DNA of 64,000 nucleotides from Anaerohalosphaeraceae bacterium (GCA_963675525.2 CAXXSL010000013.1:352001-416000); one strand, 5' to 3'; counted from the first letter of the stretch, positions 19,036-29,653 are shown. Made by a program: numbers and translations. Notes: generated by a model not told the origin, from the sequence alone.

Positions 19036-21321
19036 TCAGAGGCTTAGGTTTGAATATCTGGCGGAATCGATAAACGACATGCTTGATAAAAGACTTGCCT
19101 CTAATGCCTCGACGGAATAATTATTTTTGATATACATCTGAGATTCCCCTGACACCCAACCCCACCTCTCCTCATCATTATATAGTTCTGTAATAGCCCT
19201 CGCTATTTCCACTGGTGTTTCACAGGAAGCAGCAAGTTCGCCTGGCAAATCACTAATTCCCTCCCAGGCAATACTTGTCCCAATCACCGGAACCCCGTAA
19301 TACATACTCTCCAGAACTTTACCTTTTACACCCGCACCATACCGAAGTGGAACAACACTTAATCGTGTATTGTCATAGAATCCCCATAGTTGTTCATCAC
19401 TAACATATCCATGAATGATCACCGAGTCACCTGCAAAGCACTGCAGCTCTTCAGGGGGATTGGAACCCACGATATTCAGTTTGATACCTGGATTTTCCTT
19501 TTTGACCAGTCCAAATACATCCTTTATAAAAAACAACATCGCATCAGCATTCGGCGGATGAGCAAACCCTCCTACAAACAACAAATCTTTCCGTTCTCTA
19601 AAGTTAGTCGACAGGGTCGGAACATCATCAAAAAGATAAAGCGGCAATGAAATAATTTTCTTCCCTGGGTATTCTTTTCGCAGAAAATTCATTTCATAGC
19701 TACTAAATGTAAAGGATACCATGGCTGTTTTGAAACAATGAGCCTCCTGTTCCATTAACTCCTGCTCGCCACAGTCTGGCCTTGTGTTAAATATTTTATG
19801 CTGACGCTGAATACGAATCTTGTGAACATCGTGACATTGATACCAAAGTGTTGCCTTCAAATTCTTCCGGCAAAAATCAATATACTTAATTGCGATGTGT
19901 GGTCGATGCAAATAGACAATATCAATGTGGTCATTATTCTCGATTAGCCAATTTTGAACCTGCTCATTGAAAGGGCCCCTGAACACCTCCACTCCCATTT
20001 TCTCTAAAATAGATGTGTATGGCTCGTGACGGTAAGAACTGTCTCCAATAAACTTAACGTTAAACCCTTTTTTCAAAAAATACTGAATATATTGAAACGT
20101 CGACCGAGAACCACAATCCTGATCAAAGGTGGGCACATAATGATCAATGAAAACGATGGTTGTTCTGCCTGAACTTCGGTCACGAGCACTGAAAAGGTGC
20201 ATTGTGGAGTCTGGAAACAATTGGCTTTCCAGTTCCAACTGCCATTTCTCCGCAAATTTTTTCTGATTTTCCTCTTGGCAAGCTTTTGCTCCGGCAGACA
20301 CATTGGTCCCACATGATACACCTTCGTGATGAATAATTTCTGCACGAGGAGAATAAACAACCCTGAAGCCTTCTTGGCGTACAGCAAACGCTAAATCCGT
20401 ATCTTCGTAATAGGCAGGCGCAAATCTATCATCAAAACCGCCTAATTGGTCCCAGAGAAATTTTCGGATCATAATGCCGGCTCCTGAGATATAATCAACG
20501 TCTTTTTGATAATTAAACTCAGACAAGCTTGGGTCTTGAAAACGTCCATAATTCCAACCGCTTCCATCACGCCATATAATTCCACCTGCTTCCTGCAACC
20601 TGCCATCCGGATAAATCAATTTAGCTCCCGCCATTCCAATGTCAGTATTTTTCTCTAATAATTCAAATAATTCAAGAATTGCATTTGAACATACTTCAGT
20701 ATCATTATTCAAAAGCATTAGATACTTTCCACAAGCATGGTCTGCAGCAAGATTACAGTTTCGAAGAAAGCCAAGGTTAATCTGAGATCGAACAACTTTT
20801 ACACCTGGGAAGACAGACTTAATCCAACATGTCATATCATTCGAACAATCATCTCCAACAATAATTTCATAGGGCACGGAAACCGTCCTGATAATACTTA
20901 GAATGCATTTATAAGTATAGTGGAATTGATTAAATACAGGTATGACAATACTAACATCAGGATTCTCAAAATATGGGATGTTATGTCTCCCGAAAAAACG
21001 GAGGTCTTTTTTACTTAAGCCAAACTCATTCTCATTATATCGGCTTTCCTTAACACCATGCTTGATATAGTGATAAAGAGGATTCACTCCCTTTTCTGCC
21101 ACATCAGGATAATCTCTTAAGTACCACTCAGTATCAAAAAATTCGCTGGGATTACGCCCCTCTTGCCAACCGTAACGGATATAATGCTTGATTGGGTCCA
21201 TGCAGTCCCGTGCGACATCCAGATTTTGACGCAGGTATCGCTCCGAATCAAACCGACCGCTACGGCGAATTGTCCGATAAACTTGAAACTCTCTTAGTCT
21301 TTGCTTTATTAAGCTAAACAC
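19036..21321 (-). CDS. Multidomain GT2 + GT4 glycosyltransferase
   Basis: Two N-terminal FD..YL...DVA....P..HY...G..E repeats; VSIVIPVFN, LLNNDT, YYEDTD; FVGGFAHPPNADA, PLRYGAGVKGK. Confidence 0.9.
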   Translation of the reverse strand: MFSLIKQRLREFQVYRTIRRSGRFDSERYLRQNLDVARDCMDPIKHYIRYGWQEGRNPSEFFDTEWYLRDYPDVAEKGVNPLYHYIKHGVKESRYNENEFGLSKKDLRFFGRHNIPYFENPDVSIVIPVFNQFHYTYKCILSIIRTVSVPYEIIVGDDCSNDMTCWIKSVFPGVKVVRSQINLGFLRNCNLAADHACGKYLMLLNNDTEVCSNAILELFELLEKNTDIGMAGAKLIYPDGRLQEAGGIIWRDGSGWNYGRFQDPSLSEFNYQKDVDYISGAGIMIRKFLWDQLGGFDDRFAPAYYEDTDLAFAVRQEGFRVVYSPRAEIIHHEGVSCGTNVSAGAKACQEENQKKFAEKWQLELESQLFPDSTMHLFSARDRSSGRTTIVFIDHYVPTFDQDCGSRSTFQYIQYFLKKGFNVKFIGDSSYRHEPYTSILEKMGVEVFRGPFNEQVQNWLIENNDHIDIVYLHRPHIAIKYIDFCRKNLKATLWYQCHDVHKIRIQRQHKIFNTRPDCGEQELMEQEAHCFKTAMVSFTFSSYEMNFLRKEYPGKKIISLPLYLFDDVPTLSTNFRERKDLLFVGGFAHPPNADAMLFFIKDVFGLVKKENPGIKLNIVGSNPPEELQCFAGDSVIIHGYVSDEQLWGFYDNTRLSVVPLRYGAGVKGKVLESMYYGVPVIGTSIAWEGISDLPGELAASCETPVEIARAITELYNDEERWGWVSGESQMYIKNNYSVEALEASLLSSMSFIDSARYSNLSL

Positions 21322-21336
21322 ATCTGCCCGCCTTAA

Positions 21337-22023
21337 TCACATAAGATGCCGCTCGATGCTCTTCTCCACCGGCAGTTCCGGAAGAGAATGTCCATTTTCA
21401 ATATGGATAACGCGGTCGCATAAATCTTTGACAAGATTCATCGAATGAGTAACCAAAACGACCGTATGATCGCTTTTAATTTTTTCTTTGATCAACCCTG
21501 AAGCCTTCTCCTTAAATGCCTGATCTCCTGTCGCCAGAGCCTCGTCAATAAGAATGATATCGGTATTGACATAATATGCAATCGAAAAGCCTAATCTGGC
21601 ACGCATTCCGCTGGAATAGTGCCTAATCGGCTCATCGATAAAATCGCCGATGTCGGCTAATGCAATAATGTCATCAACCCGCTTGGAAATATGCTGTTTA
21701 TCCATTCCCAATAATAATCCACAGAGAAAAATATTTTTTCGGCCTGTCAGCCGGGGAGCAAAGCCCGCCCCCAGCGACAGCATTGTCACGGTCAACGCAG
21801 CCCTGTCAATTGACCCTTTGTCTGGGCGAATTATATCGGCTAAGACCTTTAATAGGGTCGATTTACCCGCCCCATTTCGCCCTATAACTCCAAGTGTCTC
21901 GCCGCGATGTACCTGAAACGATATATCATGCAGTGCCCAAAACTTGTTTGCTTTCCACGGCAGCGAAGCGGCCTTGCGGTAACACACACCAACATTTTTC
22001 AGATCAAAAGCAACCCCCTTCAT
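21337..22023 (-). CDS. wzt: Polysaccharide ABC exporter ATPase (Wzt/KpsT-like), no C-terminal CBM
   Basis: GRNGAGKST, YSSGMRARLGF, IDEALATGD; 228 aa. Confidence 0.9.
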   Translation of the reverse strand: MKGVAFDLKNVGVCYRKAASLPWKANKFWALHDISFQVHRGETLGVIGRNGAGKSTLLKVLADIIRPDKGSIDRAALTVTMLSLGAGFAPRLTGRKNIFLCGLLLGMDKQHISKRVDDIIALADIGDFIDEPIRHYSSGMRARLGFSIAYYVNTDIILIDEALATGDQAFKEKASGLIKEKIKSDHTVVLVTHSMNLVKDLCDRVIHIENGHSLPELPVEKSIERHLM

Positions 22024-22039
22024 ATATTTGTCCTTATTA

Positions 22040-22813
22040 TCAGCCTATCTTTGGGAAATTACGATTAAACCTGTGTATCAACAGCCACCCGACGGCCAAA
22101 AACACACCGCTTATGATCAACGCCGGAACAAGTTGTTTCAATTCCGGCCACCGACCGTATAGTAATATGGAACGAAACTGCTCAATTATCGCGGCAATCG
22201 GATTCAACCGAAGAATGGCCTGCATAGAAGGCGACAAGTTGCCAATATCAAAAAAAATCCCTGACAGAAAAACCAAAAGATGCATTATTGTGTCCAGAAT
22301 TAAGCGGAAATCAGGAAAAAATGGAGTGATCGCCGCACAGATCATAGACGCTCCAACCGTTGTCAGTAATATCAGGGCAACCAACCCCGGCAACGCCAAA
22401 TAAGCCCATGAAGGAGGAATCCCGACCAACCAGGTAATGATCAATACCAATAAAAAAGTCACCATGAATTTGACCAAATTGACCATTACCACAGATAGCG
22501 GAAATATGCTTTTATGAATATAGACCAACTGTATGAGCCCCGTTGAACCAGAGATGCTCGTCGCACTTCGGGTAACCGTTCCGGCGAAAAAACGGTAAAG
22601 AACTATCCCGATGAATAAAAAAAGAGCAAAATGCGGCGTCTCCCGATGAAAAATATATTTGAAGGCGACATAATAAATCACCAAACTCATTAGTGGTTCA
22701 AGAATCCACCACAGATAACCTGCATAAGTCCTCGTCGCTTCGCTTCTTAACTCGCTATTTGCGCGATATAAAACAAGATTTAAAAACTTGAATAGACCCG
22801 AATTCATTACCAT
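22040..22813 (-). CDS. wzm: Polysaccharide ABC exporter permease (Wzm)
   Basis: GYLWWILEPL, about six TM segments, LNP motif; adjacent to wzt; start uncertain. Confidence 0.88.
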   Translation of the reverse strand: MVMNSGLFKFLNLVLYRANSELRSEATRTYAGYLWWILEPLMSLVIYYVAFKYIFHRETPHFALFLFIGIVLYRFFAGTVTRSATSISGSTGLIQLVYIHKSIFPLSVVMVNLVKFMVTFLLVLIITWLVGIPPSWAYLALPGLVALILLTTVGASMICAAITPFFPDFRLILDTIMHLLVFLSGIFFDIGNLSPSMQAILRLNPIAAIIEQFRSILLYGRWPELKQLVPALIISGVFLAVGWLLIHRFNRNFPKIG

Positions 22814-23184
22814 TCCAAGTATCGATTTATTTTCAGCTACAAGCAAAAAGAAGTGTATCGCGAAGGGGCTTAAATTTCAATAAAAATTTAGCTTTAGCTG
22901 CCGACCTGTCGCAAACGAATTGTATCGAGACATGGAAGACCACTGCGGGACATTGCGGGCTCACAAAGAAACTGGGGAAAGAGAAGAAATGAGAAGGAAA
23001 GTTTAAAAACATACTTGTCAGGCCCACAATCGGCATTCGTATGCCTGCGTCATGGCTTTATAAGCGGACATTATATCGTTGTAAGCTTGCATCGAGGCAA
23101 AGTGTGCACTATACGAGCAAAAGTTAACGAAAAAAACTTGTGACAACCTGTGCTTCTGCCAACTCTTTCGGAATTGAACCGTTC

Positions 23185-24828
23185 TTAATAAAGAAGCCAG
23201 TCTTGATTATCGCCAACTAAAAAACTGTCATCAACTTTTACGAGACCATCCATAAGCGTGGAGAAATGGACGCCTGTCACGGCATGACGCCAGACAAGAT
23301 CCGACTTGCCATCACCGTTAAAATCGGCCAGATCAACAATCTGCCAATTGGCAATATTACCCCCCAAACCCTGATCTTGAACCTTTACGAGACCATCCAT
23401 AATCGCAGCGGAATGGCCGCCTGTCACGGTATGTCGCCAGACAAGATCCGATTTGCCGTCACCGTTAAAATCGGCCAGATCAACAATCTGCCAATTGGCA
23501 ATATTACCCCCCAAACCCTGATCTTGAACCTTTACGAGACCATCCATAAGCGTAGCGAAATGGCCGCCTGTCACGATATGACGCCAGACAAGATCCGACT
23601 TGCCGTCACCGTTAAAATCAGCCAGATCAATAATCTGCCAATTGGCAATATTACCCCCCAAGCCTTGATCTTGAACCTTTACGAGACCATCCATAATCGT
23701 TGCGGAATGGCCGCCTGTCACGGTATGACGCCAGAGAAGATCCGACTTGCCATCACCATTAAAATCGGCCAGATCAACAATCTGCCAATTGGTAATATTA
23801 CCCCCCAAGCCCTGATCTTGAAGTTTTATGAGACCATCCATAATCGAAGCGGAATAACCACCTGTAACGGCATGACGCCAGACAAGATCCGACTTGCCGT
23901 CACCGTTAAAATCAGCCAAACCAACAATCTGCCAATTGGCAATATTACCCCCCAAATTCCCTCGTTGGGTCTCCACAAGCCCATCCATAACCGCAGCAGA
24001 ATAATTACCTGTAACGCTATTCCGCCACAGAACATCCGACTTGCCGTCACCATTGAAATCGCATAAACCCACAATTTTTAATCCATCATAAGTGCCACCC
24101 AGACTTGCCTCTTCTACTTTCACTAAACCATCCATAATAACCGCTTTATATGCCCCGGTTGATCTATCCCGCCAAAGTAAACCGGTTTTGCCATCACCAT
24201 TGAAATCGGGCTTCATGCTGCCGAGAATCAAATCATTATTCAAATCAATTGCTGACGATTCACTATAATTCATTCCCTGATCCGTAAACGCATTAACGGT
24301 GGTAGTCAGGGTTATTCCATCCAAAGCAACTCCGGAATCAGAATCGATACCGATTCCAAAACTCCGGCCAGTGCCGGCGAAGTCAATGAGTTTGAGTAAT
24401 GCAGAAGAATAGGTTACTGTAGAGCCATCGGCGAGGGGAAAATTAAAAGGTGATTCGAACACATTCCAGACATCCGAATCAGGATCGTTGATCTGACTGA
24501 AGCGAAAGACTAAATTGCCGTTTTCGAGCTGCCCCTGGAGGCCAACTCCGTAACCGTCAAATATATTGCCAACCCCATTATCCTGCGAAATCGTACTCCC
24601 TGCATCCGGATTATCCAGCAAATGCACATACAAATCCGTCGTGCTTGGATTTTCTATCGTTAGTACGGCTTCGGTAATGACACTTCCTGCGGGAATCTGG
24701 ACATCATCAGTGCTAATACCCCATATGAAATATTCTCCGCTTTGCAATGATACTGCTTCAACAGAGGTTAATAAACCGCCGCAGAGCACAATCACCAAAA
24801 TAAATCGCAGGTACAATACAAAACGCAT
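23185..24828 (-). CDS. Secreted FG-GAP/VCBS repeat protein
   Basis: Signal peptide; seven DFNGDGKxDLxWR repeats. Confidence 0.9.
   Translation of the reverse strand: MRFVLYLRFILVIVLCGGLLTSVEAVSLQSGEYFIWGISTDDVQIPAGSVITEAVLTIENPSTTDLYVHLLDNPDAGSTISQDNGVGNIFDGYGVGLQGQLENGNLVFRFSQINDPDSDVWNVFESPFNFPLADGSTVTYSSALLKLIDFAGTGRSFGIGIDSDSGVALDGITLTTTVNAFTDQGMNYSESSAIDLNNDLILGSMKPDFNGDGKTGLLWRDRSTGAYKAVIMDGLVKVEEASLGGTYDGLKIVGLCDFNGDGKSDVLWRNSVTGNYSAAVMDGLVETQRGNLGGNIANWQIVGLADFNGDGKSDLVWRHAVTGGYSASIMDGLIKLQDQGLGGNITNWQIVDLADFNGDGKSDLLWRHTVTGGHSATIMDGLVKVQDQGLGGNIANWQIIDLADFNGDGKSDLVWRHIVTGGHFATLMDGLVKVQDQGLGGNIANWQIVDLADFNGDGKSDLVWRHTVTGGHSAAIMDGLVKVQDQGLGGNIANWQIVDLADFNGDGKSDLVWRHAVTGVHFSTLMDGLVKVDDSFLVGDNQDWLLY
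23188..24207. repeat. 147-bp (49-aa) coding tandem repeat, 7 copies
   Basis: gacaagatccga at 23293, 23440, 23587 and onward; the last five units of the protein are near-identical at DNA level. Confidence 0.95.
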
Positions 24829-25390
24829 AATATGCCATCCCCATTTAAGAATTTGCTTCTTCTTGTTCTTGCCAATAAAAATATAAGAAACAATTTCTCC
24901 CCTGGCAAAAAACTCTTATACTTGAGTTTTTTATGGTCCTATAATGTGTTTGTTAGAAACAGCAAAAACAAGTTTCGTCCGATAAGTTACTAATTAAATT
25001 CAAATAGTCAAGTGTTTATTATGCTTAATTAAGTTGGCTAATTTCCACGGTGTGCACTAATCAAATGAGTAATCTGTGACTTCGTCAAAATCCTCCGAAA
25101 AACTTTAGAAGGAATATGTGCAAATCATTTAAAATGGTATTACTATCGCGTATAATGTAAAAGAATAGCTCTTCGAAATACTGACAGCTAAGACATAACC
25201 TCTTTTTGAAAAAGAATATAAGAATAAAGGAGTGCTCTGTATTAGGAACAATAAAAAATATGGATGTGACAATATTGCAGCATCATTGTCGAAAATCCAT
25301 AAGAATGTCATTGTCAGGCAATTTTCCCCGACGTATATGAATTTGTTTGAGTAGATTTTAGTAACCGAAAATTGTTAAAAAGGTAAAACT

Positions 25391-26083
25391 GTGGAAATCC
25401 ATTGCTTAGCGCAAGTTCCATTTGAAGATGCGGCGAATATTGACCGCTGGGCCGGAGACAGGGGGCATTCGCTGAGTTATACGCACTTTTTTCGCAACGA
25501 ATCTCTACCTCAAATCGGATCTTTTGACATGCTGGCTATCATGGGCGGGTCGATGAATATTTATGAACATAAGGCATACCCCTGGCTGGTTACGGAGAAG
25601 GTGTTTATCCAAAAGGCAATGGAAGCGGGGAAAAAAGTAATTGGTGTTTGTCTGGGCGGGCAACTGATCGCCGATGCTCTGGGGGGTAAAGTCATCCCCA
25701 ACCGGGAAAAAGAGATCGGATGGCACCCAATCGTCCTGACGGAAGCGGGCCAGGCATCAGCTGTATTTAGGGGGTTGCCTCAAATCATGAACGTTTTTCA
25801 ATGGCATGGTGATACGTTTTCGATTCCGCCGGGAGCAATCCACCTGGCAACGAGTTCAGCCTGCGAAAATCAGGCGTTTCTGTATGGACAAAGTGTACTA
25901 AGCCTTCAGTTTCACCTTGAATATTCACAGGAAAGTATTGAAAAAATGCTAACTCATTGCGCCGACGAGATAGTGCCGACTCCTTATATCAATACTATTG
26001 ATATAATCCGGAAAAATTACATAAAAATCCCAGCCACCACAGAATGGCTCTACACCCTTTTGGATAACTTTTCTTCACTTTAA
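25391..26083 (+). CDS. Class I glutamine amidotransferase family protein
   Basis: GVCLGGQL, EIGW, WHGDTF, QFHLE. Confidence 0.9.
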   Translation: MEIHCLAQVPFEDAANIDRWAGDRGHSLSYTHFFRNESLPQIGSFDMLAIMGGSMNIYEHKAYPWLVTEKVFIQKAMEAGKKVIGVCLGGQLIADALGGKVIPNREKEIGWHPIVLTEAGQASAVFRGLPQIMNVFQWHGDTFSIPPGAIHLATSSACENQAFLYGQSVLSLQFHLEYSQESIEKMLTHCADEIVPTPYINTIDIIRKNYIKIPATTEWLYTLLDNFSSL

Positions 26084-26090
26084 CGGTCAG

Positions 26091-26981
26091 CTATCGAATC
26101 TTTTCGACTGCGGCAGCAATATGCGCAGGGGTTGTACCGCAGCAACCGCCCAGAACGGCAGCACCTGCCTCATGAATTTGTGCCAGTGCATCGGCATAAT
26201 CAGCGGGCGTCAACTTGTACACAGCTTTATCGCCTTCCAGTTCGGGACGCCCCGCGTTCGGTTCGGCCAGTAACAATACACCCGTGCCTTCGAGTGCTTC
26301 CGCATAGTTCTTTGCCAGCCGGATATAGCCCGGCATGTCAAGTGTGCCGCAATTGAATCCCAACGCGACAATCCCCAGCGAAGCAAGTTGCTCAACGGCC
26401 TGTATGGGTGAAACACCCATCATCGTCCGGGCAGCATCACCGGCCGGATCGTATGCCAATGAAACCAGGACCGGTAAGTCGCAAACACTTTGGACCGCCT
26501 CGACGGAAACCTTGATCTCTTCCAGTGCAGTCAGGGTCTCGATGATAAAACCGTCAACGCCGCCGTCGAGCAGTCCCCGGGCCTGTTCGGCAAAAGCAAC
26601 CCTTAATTCGTCTTCTTTGACCATGCCGAGCGGTTCAAGAAAATCACCGCAGGGACCGATGTCACCCAGCACATACTTCGCCTCACCGACGACTAACCGA
26701 GCCAGTCTGGCCGCAGCCAGGTTGATTTCATGGATCTTCTCGGCAATGCCATGGCGTTTGAGGACAAGACCGTTGGCCCCAAAAGTATTGGTAATAACCG
26801 CATCAACCCCGGCGTCGATATATTTCTGATGCACGGTTTTCACCGTTTCGGGAGATTGGATATTCAGATAGTCATTACAGCATCCGATCGGCGCACCGGC
26901 TTCGATCAATTGGGTACCCATGGCCCCATCGATAAAAAATACACCCTGCAACAGCCGTTCTTTTAAAGCAACCCGTGTCAT
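26091..26981 (-). CDS. Stand-alone homocysteine S-methyltransferase domain protein
   Basis: DGAMGTQL, TNTFGAN, GDIGP, GFNC, PNAG, GGCCGTTPAHI. Confidence 0.9.
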   Translation of the reverse strand: MTRVALKERLLQGVFFIDGAMGTQLIEAGAPIGCCNDYLNIQSPETVKTVHQKYIDAGVDAVITNTFGANGLVLKRHGIAEKIHEINLAAARLARLVVGEAKYVLGDIGPCGDFLEPLGMVKEDELRVAFAEQARGLLDGGVDGFIIETLTALEEIKVSVEAVQSVCDLPVLVSLAYDPAGDAARTMMGVSPIQAVEQLASLGIVALGFNCGTLDMPGYIRLAKNYAEALEGTGVLLLAEPNAGRPELEGDKAVYKLTPADYADALAQIHEAGAAVLGGCCGTTPAHIAAAVEKIR

Positions 26982-26994
26982 AATATCCTTTTCA

Positions 26995-27837
26995 CTAATC
27001 TTCCTGAATCTCGAATTCACAATTCTCATTTAACCGGTAAACATTCTTATACCCGTCACGTGCCGGACGGGCAAACAATTTTTTGCTCTGTTTTTCCGGG
27101 GGCAGGGACCGAATGTTCTTCAGTTTAATCTCAACCGACGATTCTTCCAACCCCTCCTGATCGTAATACGCCAATCGGATCCCGGACGGCACCATGAATC
27201 CTTCGCGGCTGGTTGTATAATCGCTTAGTTCAACCGATCCCTTTTTTAACTCTTGCAGATCAAAATACTCGATTTGCTCAATATGATAATCACAGGAATT
27301 AATGTAAAGGCGTTTTTCTCGTTTTCCATTATTGAACAAGTCCAGAATATCATACCCGCCGCGATGCCACAACGTCCAGTTAGTTGTCACCTCAACGACA
27401 CCAAAGGCCTCGGCGATGTTGGTCGGATCGAACAGGAGAATCTCTCTGCACATCTTTGCCTGGCGTTTGTCGCCCCACCAATACGAATCCAGTTCAGGTT
27501 TGACACGCAGCCAGAATTCGGTCTCGTTGGTGCCAAAGCGGACCTCGCCGAATTTATCGCCTTTAAAATAAATCTTATCCGGCGGCACAAAGGCCAATTT
27601 ATCGCGAACAATTTCATTTTTTTCGGTGCCATCGGCCTGTCGCCATGAAATGATACATTCGGCGGGTGCAACAAAAGGCTGAACATTGTGTTTCTGCAGG
27701 GCCAGTAGACGCACGGCTTCGGCGATATCGGCCTTGCCGGGGCAGACCAGATCACCGGAAGTTTCCGTAGGCGGTTGCGGACAACCGGACAGCAGTATCA
27801 GGGCCGGAAACAACAGCAATATCAGTTTATACTTCAT
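26995..27837 (-). CDS. Lipoprotein of unknown function
   Basis: Signal peptide with LLSGC lipobox; 280-aa ORF. Confidence 0.75.
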   Translation of the reverse strand: MKYKLILLLFPALILLSGCPQPPTETSGDLVCPGKADIAEAVRLLALQKHNVQPFVAPAECIISWRQADGTEKNEIVRDKLAFVPPDKIYFKGDKFGEVRFGTNETEFWLRVKPELDSYWWGDKRQAKMCREILLFDPTNIAEAFGVVEVTTNWTLWHRGGYDILDLFNNGKREKRLYINSCDYHIEQIEYFDLQELKKGSVELSDYTTSREGFMVPSGIRLAYYDQEGLEESSVEIKLKNIRSLPPEKQSKKLFARPARDGYKNVYRLNENCEFEIQED

Positions 27838-28091
27838 AGGCCATCCTTTTTTTAAACAATCTTCTCGCTTTTATATTATATAGAAACCGCCAAATAGTCC
27901 AATTATTTCAATTTTTGAGGAAAATTGTTTTTTATTTTAACATCTTTCCGGTCGGGACAAGAGGAATTTTTTGCTGATTGGAAATTTGCTGAATAGCTAA
28001 TATAATCATGGCGAAACCGTCGATTCCCGATATTCAATCGGTCAAAAAACAGCAAAAAAGTCCTCCGATTGATAAAATGGGTATCTACGAA

Positions 28092-28844
28092 CTAGTCTCT
28101 CGCCGATGAGATCATTTCACCGCTGAGGCTGATGGTGATGTCCTGAATATGCAGGTCACAACCGGACAATTCAACCGCTTTCTGGGCCAATCGCAGCAAT
28201 CCCGTGCAGCAGGGAACTTCCATGTGGGCCACCGTCAGACTTTTGGGCTTTGCGGTGGTGAAGATATCCGCTAGTTTCTGCACATAGCCGTCCGTCTCAT
28301 CCAATTTGGGACAAGCAATGGCGATTGATTTTCCCTTGAGCAACTTGTCATGGAAATCGCCCATCGCAAAGGGCACACAATCGGCCACTAACAGCAAATC
28401 CGCCCCGGCAAAATACGGCGCGATTGGCGAAACCAGCTTCAACTGCACCGGCCACTGGCCCAACTGCGACGGTACATCGGCACCGGCGGCAAGATCCAAT
28501 TTTGAATCCGTCTCCGGTTTAAGATTCATCATCCGCATACCGGGACAGACAAAGCTTTCTGATTTAGCGGTCTGCTTTTCGTGAGTGGCTTTGTTGTGGT
28601 TAATTTCTTCAAGATATTTCTTCGTGGCCTCTTCATCGAATTCATCCGCCTCACGCTGTTCGATGGTAATCGCATCGACCGGACAACAATTCAGGCAGGC
28701 CCCGAGGCCGTCGCAGTAAATTTCACTGACCAGTTTGGCCTTGCTGTCGATCATTTGGATCGCACCTTCGGCGCAGGCATTGACACACGCCCCGCAGCCG
28801 TTACATTTTTCTTCGTCGATTTTAACGATATTTCGTATTGCCAT
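28092..28844 (-). CDS. 4Fe-4S dicluster protein of the family commonly found with hcp
   Basis: IDEEKCNGCGACVNAC, CDGLGACLNCCP, QWPVQLKLV, ADC, CPKLD, MEVPCC. Confidence 0.9.
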   Translation of the reverse strand: MAIRNIVKIDEEKCNGCGACVNACAEGAIQMIDSKAKLVSEIYCDGLGACLNCCPVDAITIEQREADEFDEEATKKYLEEINHNKATHEKQTAKSESFVCPGMRMMNLKPETDSKLDLAAGADVPSQLGQWPVQLKLVSPIAPYFAGADLLLVADCVPFAMGDFHDKLLKGKSIAIACPKLDETDGYVQKLADIFTTAKPKSLTVAHMEVPCCTGLLRLAQKAVELSGCDLHIQDITISLSGEMISSARD

Positions 28845-28874
28845 TACGAACCTCACATTTCTATTGAACCATAT

Positions 28875-29653
28875 CTACTTAAAACGAACCGCATTTTTAG
28901 GACATACTTTCACACACGAATTACAAAAGATACAGGACGGATGAGTGGTTTGGGTACCGTCTTTACTGATTGCATTCATTTTACAGTCTGCGCTGCATTT
29001 ACCGCAATGAATGCAATCACCGCTCACGGAACGGCGGGTGATGCCCAGCCATCCAAGAATTCCCAGCATACCGCCCAAGGGACACAACAGGCGACACCAG
29101 CTTCGCCGTCCTAAAACGGTCATCAGCAGGGTCGCGGCGAATATCCCTATCATTATCCAGCCGATATTTTCCATGCCCCCGCCTGCGGCCTGCTGCTGGG
29201 CGGCGAATGATTCACTGGTGCCCTGTCTGAGCAAGCGCATGCGTTACTATGGTCAGGGGGTCCGCAAAACCAGCCACATTGTATCCAAATCCGGAAGCAA
29301 TCAGCAATCCCAGGCAAATCAAACCGGCAATCCACCAGCGTGTTTGAATATGCATTTTGCGCTTTCGTGCGAGTGTTATAGTATCGGTGATATCAATGCA
29401 CGTTCCAAGCGGACACACCCATCCACAGAAAAAACGCGGAAAGAGCAGCGCCGAAAACGCCACAAGCACGCCACCGACGTAATACGGCGTCCACTGCCAG
29501 GCCGCAAGCCGTGTGGCCATTGTCATAAGCGGACTAACCCGCGGCAGCCACGGCAAAACCACGGAGGCCGGAACCCACACCATCCAGCCAGCAAAACAAA
29601 ATTGCACTCAATATCGCAAGCTGAATTATTCTGCGTAGATAATAGAGAATCAT
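28875..29653 (-). pseudogene. NapH/MauN-like membrane 4Fe-4S protein with two +1 frameshifts (real or sequencing error)
   Basis: ATG at 29653 gives MILYYLRRIIQL; continues in the 29212-29607 frame (RFFCGWVCPLGT), then the 28875-29240 frame (WCRLLCPLG, CIHCGKC, CIFCNSC). Span 779 nt = 3x259+2; shifts fall near T4 (about 29595) and G3 (about 29222) runs. Confidence 0.8.

Noticed and set aside
22860..23060. Cobalamin riboswitch-like words (ccactg, gggaaag)
   Set aside because: Core motifs are incomplete, they lie on the strand opposite wzm and no B12-related gene follows.
23102..25059. gtgtgcacta direct repeat flanking the FG-GAP gene as a target-site duplication
   Set aside because: A 10-bp match between two long intergenic regions is plausible by chance; no mobile-element ends.
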